From Gonapodya sp. JEL0774 (taxonomy: Eukaryota), in NCBI GenBank assembly GCA_027604505.1, contig JADIIX010000057.1, forward strand, positions 62,001 to 126,000: 64,000 nt of DNA, written 5' to 3'. Positions 13,977-24,954 of the stretch are shown here, in pieces. A program made the position numbers and the translations under genes. Numbering within the stretch: the stretch's first letter is position 1; every line of letters begins with the position of its first letter. The notes beneath the pieces are model-generated. The model ran no database searches. It was given only the letters and a program-made list of their open reading frames with translations, and was not told where the DNA came from.

Positions 13977-15389
13977 ATGTTTGTTACGAGTAGTATGCCG
14001 TCCATTCCCCCCCGTCAGTGTGACTACACAGAACACCACCAAAATATCATGGCGCATCCAAGTAATGTCAAGCCCGCAGGTTCAACTGGAATCGCGTCAG
14101 TTCCGGATGAAATTCTCGCCCATATACTTTGTGTCCTCCCACCCAAATTTTTCTATCAGGTGGTGCCGCTCGTGTCGCGACGGTGGCGTTCGGTACACGC
14201 GACTGCTCTTCCAGGGAACGGTGGCAAGGTAGCTTTTCAGATCGTGATTAGTTTTATGAGAAGCCGTCACCCGCCGTATCTCTCGGTACATCACGCCGGG
14301 CTTTACGATTCGTTTCGCTGTGAGAGTTCCCCCTTTGCGATTCCACTGACCCCTCTGTGGATCGCCGGAAAACTGGAGCTGGACGTTTCCGTGGCTTTCT
14401 TGGAAAAGCAAACCGGAAACCCACTGGACGACTTTGTCCACGAGGTTGAAAAAGTGATGGGCAGGGGTCTCGAAGGGCGAATGGCGCTCACCATTGCCGA
14501 AGTGGACATGGACATTAACCCGCTTGCCCGTCGGGAGAAAAGTGACGTTACCCGCCGCCTCAAGGAGTTTTGTAAGATGGTCAAGCCCGTAATGCTGGAT
14601 TTGGACAGCAACCTGCCATCTTGGATAGAAAGGGGAGCTGACCTCCCGCTACCTTCCGTAGTAGAAGTCCGCATATCCATGGATAAGACGACGGATACCC
14701 TATGCAAGACAATACCAGTGTTATTTCGCGCCTTTCCAAATCTACGCTCTGTGACGACGTGGTGGACGCGTTTGGGAGATGCGTGGGAACCTCTGCAACT
14801 CGCATTGCCCTTGAATCTCCGCTCGCAATTGTCTAAAATTGATGTTGCGCTTAAAGAAGGAAAAGAGCAGGAGTCGCTGAATCTCCTTCGAATGCCGGCT
14901 GTGTTCCCCTCTGTCAAAGACTTCGGGACCTTTTCAATTTTCGACAATCTCTGGGACCGCTGCGGCAACACAGGCATTGATCTCGCGACGCTCTCAAATA
15001 TTACAACCTTGCGAGTTCAAGGGAGATCCCACGACGTGCCCATCGTAACTTCCGTCAGCTCGCTGCGGTGCATCGCGGACGGATTTGCTCAATACATGCC
15101 CCTTCTCCGCACGTTAACCCTGTGCTTCTTTTTGTCCTCAAATGAAGAGCTTGGAGTGGGTTTGGAATACGTGGCGGGATTGGAGAGCGAGGACATGACG
15201 GACCTGTTGATTGGATGGAGCTACTTAGTACGAACCGTGCCAGCTATCACAATCATATTTGAGCTCATTGAGCCTCCGTCACCTGTGAGGCAAAGGAGAT
15301 TCAGTAAATTTTTAAACAGGCTTGAGGACACTTGCCGGTCTTGTAACAAGGAATCAGTTAGGATATCAGCCAACTTTTCGGCCAACTGA
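13977..15389 (+). CDS. Intronless F-box protein with degenerate LRR-like C-terminal region (alternative start 14049)
   Basis: 470-aa uninterrupted ORF. F-box 'IASVPDEILAHILCVLP...VPLVSRRWRSV'. LRR-like 'FPNLRSV', 'MPLLRTLTL'. Confidence 0.8.
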   Translation: MFVTSSMPSIPPRQCDYTEHHQNIMAHPSNVKPAGSTGIASVPDEILAHILCVLPPKFFYQVVPLVSRRWRSVHATALPGNGGKVAFQIVISFMRSRHPPYLSVHHAGLYDSFRCESSPFAIPLTPLWIAGKLELDVSVAFLEKQTGNPLDDFVHEVEKVMGRGLEGRMALTIAEVDMDINPLARREKSDVTRRLKEFCKMVKPVMLDLDSNLPSWIERGADLPLPSVVEVRISMDKTTDTLCKTIPVLFRAFPNLRSVTTWWTRLGDAWEPLQLALPLNLRSQLSKIDVALKEGKEQESLNLLRMPAVFPSVKDFGTFSIFDNLWDRCGNTGIDLATLSNITTLRVQGRSHDVPIVTSVSSLRCIADGFAQYMPLLRTLTLCFFLSSNEELGVGLEYVAGLESEDMTDLLIGWSYLVRTVPAITIIFELIEPPSPVRQRRFSKFLNRLEDTCRSCNKESVRISANFSAN

Positions 15390-15655
15390 AACGAATAAAA
15401 CATCAAATGCCAAAAACACTAAACATTAATATCTCTACAAAATCAAGTACTAAATACAATTGTCTGCTTTTGCATTACATATATAGTTTTAGGTGGACAG
15501 AAAGATGAGATGTATGGTATTCATTTTACTTCGAATAACTTCATTGAGAAAATATCCGACTCAATTTTTCTTCGTTCTATACTCTCATATTGTAGCCGGG
15601 GGATTGGGAGACAAAGATTGGGTTCCCCGCGCTGTGAGCTGATCGTAACAGCTTG

Positions 15656-17441
15656 ATGATTTCAACAAGCTTGCTTGGAGAAAGGCAAAATTTTACCACG
15701 ATCCCGACACTTTCGTGGGCTCGCTCCAAGCGCCCGGAGACTCGTCAAGGTTTTCTGGAAGAGCTTCGGCATATACTGTACAATGTTGGTATGTGTAAAG
15801 TCTGGAGGCAGTCCTTTGTCCTTCTCTATCTTGATGCACACGCTCCCAGGGTTCATGTACCTTGTGGATAGTGGAATCTCCGATCAGCTGGTGGATGAAG
15901 TGAAGTCCTTCACCATCAAGTTTTTTGAGCTTCCCGAAGATGCGAAAATGAAAATCGAAATGGCGAACAGTCCAACATTCTTGGGATACAATCGTCGAGA
16001 CTACGAAGTTACAAAGAGTAAGGTACTTGGATCGAGTTTGCGAGTATGGTCGTCGGAGTTCCACTACCCTTCACACGACACGTAAGATTGACCACAGGGA
16101 GCAGTTCGACATAGCTGCGGATACTCCGTGCTTTTACGTTCCGGGTGTAACACCAGAGTATTACCGTCTGCGTGGTCCCGCACAGTGGCCGGAGGAACAA
16201 GCGATACCAGGATTTCGAAAGACGATGCTGGAGGTGTGTAAAATATTGCATAACAACAAGTAAAACCCATCATAATTTTATGATATCATCACGTCAGTAC
16301 ATCCAAAAGCTCACAGAACTTGTTTTCGAGTTCACAAGCTGTGTGGAGGAAGCTCTGCACCTGCGGTCCGGAACTCTTGACCGCGTCTTCGGCGATTGGC
16401 GAAATCACGTGGATCAAGGAGGGTGGGTGCAGCATTCTTTTAAATTTTGAGAGATTCGAATCCGAACCGACTTGCAAAAGTTTTATGAAATTGATTCGGT
16501 ACGAAGCAGTACCAGCCGATGCTGATCCTACTGATAATCAAGGGGTTGGGCCTCATAAAGATGGTGCGTCTGTTCCTCGGAGCGTTGCAATGAGCCTGTT
16601 ATCATTAATGCACCATTGTGAAAGGATGGGTCACATTTCTCTTGCAAGTCAACGACGTGTGGGGGTTGCAGGTCCAAAATCATGAAGGAGACTGGATTGA
16701 TGTTCCTGAACAACATGGATCTTTTGTCGTGAAGTATGTGGATAGTTTTGAACCAGAAGGTCAATCCGTTTAGCACTTCTCCCCGTGTGGAAAGTTTTGG
16801 CAGTTTTTTGGAGCGCATGCTCCACGGCGCTGTCATTGCTACAACACACCGCGTCCTACTAGGCCCTCCAGGTTCCCCTGCAAGATATTCGGTGCCGTTC
16901 TTTCAACAACTTAAACTTGAGGCAAGCATTGCACCAATACCTTTGGAAGACTTACCTGAGGACATGAAGGAGCTGGCTCGAAGGAGAGTGCAGAGCGATG
17001 GTATGAAGAACATGTAGATGCAGAACGTGCCTCCACCACCTCTCTGGTCAAGCACCTCACAGCCCATTGCTACGCCCACCCACCCCCCACCCACGCCCCA
17101 TACTGCCCCACAACACACCCATTGTAATTTCATACTGCCTTTGTCAGCGGACATAATGCAGTTCCCAGTGAGTGTCAATCAAATGAAACTCAATGTTTGT
17201 CTAACAAGGCTTGGTTGTTAAAAGTTCAACAAAATGGGCGAAACGTGGTTGTACAATCGAATCCGGGCTCATCCTGACGTTGGCTACCGACAGGTGCGTT
17301 TTCATTGGAATACTGCGTTGACGTTCGGTTGCTCTATTATGACAACTTCCACACAAGTATCCCACGGCTGTGGATGCGATAATGGCCGGTTTTGAAACAC
17401 CTCACCCAGGTTTCCAGAATAGAAAAGATCGAACGTATTGA
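15656..17441 (+). CDS. 2-oxoglutarate/Fe(II)-dependent oxygenase (IPNS-like, DIOX_N + 2OG-FeII_Oxy), copy A
   Basis: 'VGFMYL', 'FFELPEDAK', 'DHREQFD', Fe ligands 'GPHKD' and 'TTHRV', 2OG-binding 'RYSVPFF'. Confidence 0.9.
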
Positions 17442-17591
17442 AGTGATGGAAGCTCCACATTATCAGAGTGCCGCGACATTTCACATTTGACGTCAGAAAT
17501 CTCGCCATTTGAGACATTCCTGTAATGAGTCAGTGATGCAAAAACATTCAGCCGAGCTTCCGATCAAACTATTTCATCTTCATCCGATCCG

Positions 17592-19305
17592 ATGCCCATC
17601 GAAGCACCATCCCAGAATCCGCGGGAGGACTTCGAAGAAATCCCTGTTTTGAAGTGGACAGACTACACTGATGAAAGAAAGAAGGAACCGTTTTTGGCTC
17701 AACTACGACACGTTTTATTGAACGTGGGATTCATGTGAGGTCCACATCATCCTCACTTTTCCACTTGCGGGCATTGTCCACCCTTGGTTCTTCAAGGTAC
17801 GTGATTGGACATCCGATTCCGCCAAGGCTTCTGGAAGAAGTCAAGGTGAGAACTCTGGACTCACTTATGCGTCCCGGCAAGCTGAATGTTTACAATGCGA
17901 AATTCAGAAATACACCATTAAAGCGTTTGATTTGCCTCTGTCTGCAAAATTGGAAATTGAGATGGCGAAGAGTCCGAAATTTCTTGTGGGTGTGTCACTC
18001 CAATTCATTGAATGCATGTCAAAGCGATGGTTCTCGTGCTGTAAAAGGGCTATAACCGGATGGGATATGAAGTTACCAAGAACAAGGCAGGTGAAACCTC
18101 GAGTGCTGTCCCCGCTATCTATCACCATTCCATTTGTTTACGCCAGGTCGATCATCGAGAGCAGTTTGATATTGGGCTGGACGTTTTGGAGCAGTACTCG
18201 CCGGGAAAGAAAGAGTTCTATAAACTTCGTGGAAAGGGCCAATGGCCCGACGAGTCTTTGATTCCTGGGTTTAAAGCCACAATCTCAGAGTATTTGCACG
18301 AGATGGGTTCGTGGAGTCTCAGTTTCTCCGGTGCCGTGGAGGAAGCCCTTCATCTCAAACCCGGCGCTCTGACGGGATTGTACGGGAAACAGAATGACGA
18401 AGTAGGAAGAATCAAGGTTGGTTCTTGGATCGTCGGTCCCCTAAGTTGCAGCCTGTCCAATACCAATCCTGATCCCAATAAGATGGTCAAGTATCCGGCA
18501 GTCTCGCACGCGACTGATGGTGACAACCAGGGTGTCGGCCCGCACAAAGATGGTGAGGAGTGTTGTCTTGAACTGGAATCACTCCAAGTCACTTCTGTAC
18601 AACTTTTGCGGCAGGATGGCTTACGTACCTGCTGATGTGCGACGATGTGCCTGGTTTAGAAGTTCAAAATGCCGCCGGAAAATGGATTCCCGTTCGATTG
18701 TTAGAGGGATCTTTTGTTGTGAAGTATGCCTACGTCCAAGTATTTTGAATTTACTTCCTTTCTGAGTCAGCAAATCGACAGCATCGGGTTCTGGTTGGAG
18801 TCCGTCACACGAGGTGCTGCTATTGCGACGACGCATAGAGTTTTGAACCCCCCGCCTGAATCACCAGCACGCTACTCTGTGCCATTTTTCCAGTCCCTCG
18901 CGCTGGAAGCACGGGTGGCACCCCTTCCCGAAGAGGATCTTCCGGATGAAGTTCTTGCAATTGCGAAACGTAAAGTGGTCAGTGAAGCAGATTCAATGCA
19001 AGTCAGTTCATCGTTCGTCGTCTCTGGCTTGTTGCTGCTACTCAGTTTTTGTGCCTTGTGCTCAAATAGTTTCCGTATGACTGTGTGGGAGAAGCTCTCC
19101 TGTATAACCGAATAAGAGCGCATCCAGATGTTGGGTACAAGCAGGTGCGAACCATTTTTTCCGGAAAAGGGTTTTGATGAGCTCTGTTCATCCTTGCTGC
19201 TGCATAAAGTATCCGTCTCTAGTGAGCAATATCTTCGAGGGATTTCATACTCCCCACCCTGCATTCCAAAGCGTGAGAGAACCTCGGATAGGAGATAAAG
19301 CGTAA
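17592..19305 (+). CDS. 2-oxoglutarate/Fe(II)-dependent oxygenase, copy B (tandem paralog)
   Basis: Same motifs: 'VGFMYV', 'DHREQFD', 'GVGPHKD', 'TTHRV', 'RYSVPFF', 'YNRIRAHPDVG'. Confidence 0.9.
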
Positions 19306-19456
19306 TTGAACACATTGGAGAGAATCGAAAGAATTTCATATAATAATAAAAAACTTAAACATCATTTTCAGTGAAATGACGTGGCCTTTGTCGCTATTCC
19401 CACGAGTTTTTAATCGCCACCGGTTCCCTCACACAATTCAGTCCTGGGCAAGAGTT

Positions 19457-21364
19457 ATGCTATCAGCAATCACCAACGCCATTACTCCTTCTTCCATGAC
19501 TGGGGAGAACGTTTCAGGTGCCATGCAAACCCCTCCAGTGACCGATGTGGATCCACCTTCTCCTCAGCAAATTCCCAACGGTCTGCAGACTACGACAATG
19601 GATAACGCCACTTTGGAGACTCGCATACCGAGTGAAGGCTCCAATAAATTTTGGACTGAGGCCCCCGTCGAATCTCTTTCACCAAGCGTGCACGGAAGTC
19701 CGGCGGGACGGTCAAACTCCGATAGCAAGGAAGTGTCCCCACCAGGGCAAACCGTGTTACCCCTCAACACTGATGAACCCACAGCAACGACAGCACCTGT
19801 TGTCGAAGGGACACACTCACTGTCGCCTCTTGATGCCCGGGGTCCGATCTCCGCATCATCAGAGAAGGAGATTTTCAAACGCCACGATGACCTCCAGCAG
19901 AGTATCATTGAGCACACAGGACAAAGAGTTGGAGCTCTCGTTCGCTACGGAGATCGTGAAATTGGGCCGGGTGTCGGATACTCCTACTCGAAGGAAGTTG
20001 CACAGCTCTTCAAGGACGAAACAAATAACAGAACGGAGCTGCTGGTGAGAATTCAGTCTTCGGTTATGCTTAGATCTTTTACGTACCATAACCCTCATAC
20101 TCCTGCAGAGTCGCAAGCTAGATGAAATTCGACAGGGCCTCGATGAACAGATGGAAGTGGAGAGGAGACACTATGAGGTGGCTATCCGGGGCATTCAAAC
20201 CATTATTTCAAAATAAATTCCATTCATGAACGATATAGGACCTTCTGGACCGGCAAATCTCGGATATCGTGGTGCTCGAACAAAGGGAGAGAAAGTTGAA
20301 CAACGAAGGTACTTGTCGTGATCTTCTTCTTCAGCGAGGAAACAGCTTCAGGTTCAATAATTTCCTAAAGTGTCTTTCCTACGTGCTCGTCTTGAGCGTG
20401 CAATCCGGGAGCGCGATCGAGCGGCGGAGATCGAACACAGTCAACGCGAACGTGACCTTGAAGATCGGCTGAAACGCCAAGATTCTGTTCTCTCTCAGCA
20501 CAACGAGCGGGTTGGCGCCCTCCAGGAAGCCCTGGGACGCACGCTCGCGAGGATTGACACCGAAGTCAGCAGGAAAGAGCGTGATGAGAGAAAGCGAGCA
20601 GAGCAGAGTATCAGGGATCTTGAAGAAAACTTTGAAGAGAATCTTGATCGTGAGAGGAGGGCTTGGAACAAGGAGAAAACCGGTCTTCTCAGGGAATTGG
20701 ATGACTTGAAGAAATCGAAGAAACGATTTGAGGATGCTGAAAATGCTTTGGGTACCTTCAGACGAAGGGTCAAACAACTCGAAGGAGAGCTGGATCGCGC
20801 CAAGCTCGAAGCGGCGAAGAGACGCAGAAACGAGGAGGTCCTCATCGCAAAGATGGAGGGTTTCGAAGAGAAGGCACGGCAGTGGTCAGAAAAGGAGAGA
20901 GAGCTAAGGGAACTGGAATTTCTCCGGTGAGAAATTCTGATGGGCTGTCTGATCTGGTCTTTCCTTCAATGAACTCTATGGGTAATAGGTTGAACTACAA
21001 CAGACTCCGTGATCTGGACCGCCAGCATGTCAATAAGCTCAACAGACTTCAGGGTGAGGTTGATCGCCTTCGTCGCCCTCTCGGCGGCACATCCTCAAAC
21101 ACCGCTCCCCCGTCGGAGGTCGAAGTTACCGGTTCTTCGGCGATTCGTTCTGGTGGCCAAACATTGGCACGACCCAGATCAGAGGAACTTCGTCGAGGAG
21201 CCTTCGAGAGCAGGAAAGAAGTACCGTCTGACTTTCGTGCGACCGAGGAGCGAGACGAACGGCTTCCGATCCAGCCTGTGGTGATCCGCGAGAGGAGAGA
21301 GAAGGTTTCATACATGGAAGAGAGTGCTCGAGCGCCTGTTTATACCATGGCGAAGGAGGAGTGA
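19457..21364 (+). CDS. Hypothetical protein: S/P/T-rich N-terminus plus long E/R/K-rich coiled coil
   Basis: ORFs 19376-20125, 20370-20930 and 20882-21364 can be joined by introns; heptad-rich charged segment. Confidence 0.65.
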
Positions 21365-21493
21365 GGTTCCAGGGATGACAGAGGAACTGCAGAAGATAGT
21401 TGGAGACGTGTCTCGCAATTTTTTTCCCATTCAATTGCATTCAAAACTAATTGGAGTAGGACCTTTTGCAATTCCCAAATATATTTCTTCACA

Positions 21494-22277
21494 TCAACAA
21501 GAATTGCGGGTTGGAGCAGGCCCTTTCACACGAATTCTGATGTTTCGCTTTTCTCCGCAACCAAACGTCTGTTCTCCATTGCTGATCCTCTCTCCGGTTC
21601 TAAATACTTCACCGCTAGTTGCCCAGATTCCAGTGCACTTTGAAAATGCACCATTCCGTCTACGGCGAGCAGACAGCTTTGCCAGCATCACCCGCAACCC
21701 CGGGCCTTTATCTCTCCAAGGTTCTTCCGAGTCAGAAGCAGAATCCTCCGAATACTCGATCACCTTAGGCTCAGATTTGACTCCGATCGATGTCTGGGGT
21801 TGAGCAATATTACTCAAAGGAGAAGGTGGAAGAATGCGAATTCTTAAAGCGGGCGATTGAGTGATGGCGCCTGACGTCGCACGGGGGACAGCATATGTCG
21901 TTTGTTGGTCCAAAGAAGTGTGAGATTCGTGGAAAGTTTCGAGCGACGAGAACAGGGTTGTTTTGACCTCGCGACCGCGTTGCTCGATCGAGTCCTCCTC
22001 TAGATGAATCGTTCGTTCATTAGGCGAGTCCGAGACGAAACGAACTGTCCTCACCTTTCTGATCACCCTTCTCTATCATTTCCAGCTGTCGAATCTTTCC
22101 AAGCCCATCTTCTCGAATACAAGCTATCTTTCTTATTCGTCTGACCTTGGGCGATTCGTGATGATAGGAATTGGGAATAAGTCCAGACTGAGGTGATCGG
22201 CCACGTTTTTTTGAAGACGCCGTTGAGCGTTCGAGAAGGGCAGATGCCAGTGATTGACGATCACTAGATTTGGGCAT
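21494..22277 (-). CDS. Hypothetical basic low-complexity protein (two exons)
   Basis: MPKSSDRQ start at 22277; GT..CTAAT..TAG intron ~22053-22001 joins it to ORF 21494-22066; NLS-like 'KKRGR' and 'RRRR'. Confidence 0.5.
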
Positions 22278-22582
22278 CACAAAGCTTTGGTGATACAGAT
22301 GGCCCGCATGCGGTGCAGGTGTTTCAAATGGGATGGAAGTACAATGCAAGGAACTTTGAACAGGGAACAATGAAAGGAACTTTGAACAGCGAAGAAAGAC
22401 CTCGCACGGACGGCAACGACTATTTAACGAATAGAGATTCACGAAGTGCGGGGCGATGAATCTTTTTCGAAAAAGCTCGAAACCGTCTTTTCCGTGTTGA
22501 GACCGGCAACGTCACCTTTGTGGTTGGTGAATTTATTGTAGGATGTGCTGGGTTCCCCCCCTGTATTGCATGGTATCTCCTG

Positions 22583-24763
22583 ATGGCTTCCCAAAATGGA
22601 ACTGCCCCTTCACTCTCCAAAGCAGTTCTGCTCGTTGGCGGACCTTCTGTTGGAACTCGCTTCCGTCCACTCTCGCTATCAGTGCCAAAGCCCCTCTTCC
22701 CCATCGCCGGTGTTCCGATGATTTACCATCAAGTGGCGGCGCTAGCCCGAATTCAAGGCCTTAGAGAAATTCTTTTAATTGGTTTTTATGGTCAGTTGGT
22801 ATCCCGTACTTGCCAAATGCCTCTAACAGCGATCTAAATGTATGGTCGGGTTGGCAATCATCCTGCTTTCGGGACGCGCTCCTCTCAAATACAGAGAATG
22901 GAGTATTTGACAGATTTCTCTCGGAGGTTTCGATGGATTTTCCTGGCATCGCCTTCAAGTAATACTCGGTTCTGCTCCTGATGTGGCTGGCGCAATCTGA
23001 ACTTTGCTCGCATTTGAAACATATCTGGCTGATGATGCAGGTACCTCCGCGAATATGTCTCTCTCGGTACAGGTGGTGGTCTCTATCACTTCCGAGACGA
23101 GGTCTTACGAGGAAACCCGGAGTTCTTTTTTGTGATCCATGCCGATATCGCTTCCTCGTTCCCACTCGGCAACATGCTTGCGTTCCACAAGTCGGTGTCA
23201 TCGTCGATTGAGACTGCACCACTGTGCACCATCATGGGGACACGCGTACCAAAGGATACAGCATCTCGCTATGGTTGCTTGGTGCAAGACCCATCGACCA
23301 AAGAGATACTTCACTACGTCGAGAAGCGTGAGTTTTTCAGAAGGCGCTTCTTACAATCTCGCGTGGACTTGCTCTTCGTGAAAAGGACCCATTATGGTTG
23401 CTCACAAGCATGGAACTGACACTAATCCGCCATCGTGTTCCAGCCGAGACTTTCATTTCTGACCTCATCAACACCGGTGTATATATCTTCCACCCTAATG
23501 TCTTTCAGTTTATGGCTCAGGCCGTGGCCGATCGACACATGCAAATGGAGCGTGAGCAATTTGAGAACAACATGTATTCTCTCCCCACCTCGAGATCGGT
23601 GCCTGATATGGGGACCCTGACTCACGGGAGCTTCGGCTTCCCTCCATCTCAACCATCTTATACACCTTACCACGATTACACATATAACTACCAATCGTCC
23701 TCTCCTCTCCACACCGAAGCGGACGTTGTCCGCCTTGAGCTTGATGTCCTCCGAGGTCTTGCTGGCACCAAATCCATGTTCGTCTTCGAGATAAATACCA
23801 AAGATGATTTCTGGATGCAGCTGAAAGCTGCTCAAAGCTCTCTGGCAGCCAACACCATGTACCTACAGTACTGGAGCAAGACTGCGCCAGCTCGTCTCGC
23901 GCGCTTTGGGGGATTCGGCATCCTTGGCAGTGGGGACCAAGTCGATCCGTTTCGCGGTGACCGTGGTCGTGGTGGAGTCTTCTACCACCCCGTGCCTCCA
24001 AAGGATCAGCCTTCTCTGGCACAAACACCACTTACTAAAGCACTTCACGCATCCAGCCGTTTCGATATTACCGAGCCAGCTGCAACTGCACCCGGCACCT
24101 CTGCAACTGATGTTCGGGCCGAGAGTCTGGCTGGGCGTGCGCGCGGCGAGGCCGCAGCTGCGGCTCTCAATCATGGTAGTGAGACTACTCAACCTCTGGC
24201 TCTCGAACGTTCAAGCTCCCTCGTACCTGGACTGAACCCCTCACCTCCTGTGTCTCCATCTGTAGCCAGTTCTCCCTCTCATCTGAAGCAACCGCGTCCC
24301 CAGCCAACGCACCCCACGCTCATTCAACCAGTCATAATTCACCCAACGGCATACATCCACCCCACTGCGAAAGTTGGTCCTAATGTCACGATCGGTCCTC
24401 GAACGGTTATTCACCGAGGAGTGCGGGTACATGATGCCATTGTACTGGAAGCGAGTGAAATCCGCCACGACACAATCGTGTTGCATTCTATTATTGGCCG
24501 AGAGTGTAAGATCGGCTGTTGGTGTAGAATTGAGGGCGATGGAGTGCAGGCTCATACCCCGGAAGCCACTCCAGGTGGTCACAAAATTAGCGCTACAGTT
24601 CTGGGAAAGGAAGTGAAGGTGGCTGAAGAGTGTGTGGTCAGGAATTGCGTTGTTTTGCCGAACAAGGAGCTTGGTAGGAGCTATCAAAAGTGAGCAGACA
24701 CCGTCCGAGTGTGCGTTTCACCAAGTCTGATCTCTGTTTCGCCACAGCGAAATTCTGATGTGA
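22583..24763 (+). CDS. GMPPA: Mannose-1-phosphate guanylyltransferase alpha-type subunit (GMPPA-like)
   Basis: '[31 protein letters not shown]', '[22 protein letters not shown]', hexapeptide beta-helix '[20 protein letters not shown]', C-terminus 'VLPNKEL'. Confidence 0.92.
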
Positions 24764-24954
24764 ACAGGCCTTCGATTGGAAACAACCCGATTTCTAAATA
24801 ATATATACCTTTTACACGAGCACTCGAAGAAAAAGTTGTAGATGTAGTTCAACCATAAAATGATTCAGGGTTCGTTCGAAATAAAGAAAAAAAAATCGTA
24901 CCTGTCATTGAAACGGGCAACGGCCCGGGTGCCGAAGATTCCTGACTCTCAACG

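Noticed and set aside
10988..19305. Permease plus two 2OG oxygenases as a pyrimidine-salvage or secondary-metabolite cluster
   Set aside because: The oxygenases are generic IPNS-like and I cannot assign thymine dioxygenase activity; there is no backbone enzyme, and an F-box gene intervenes.
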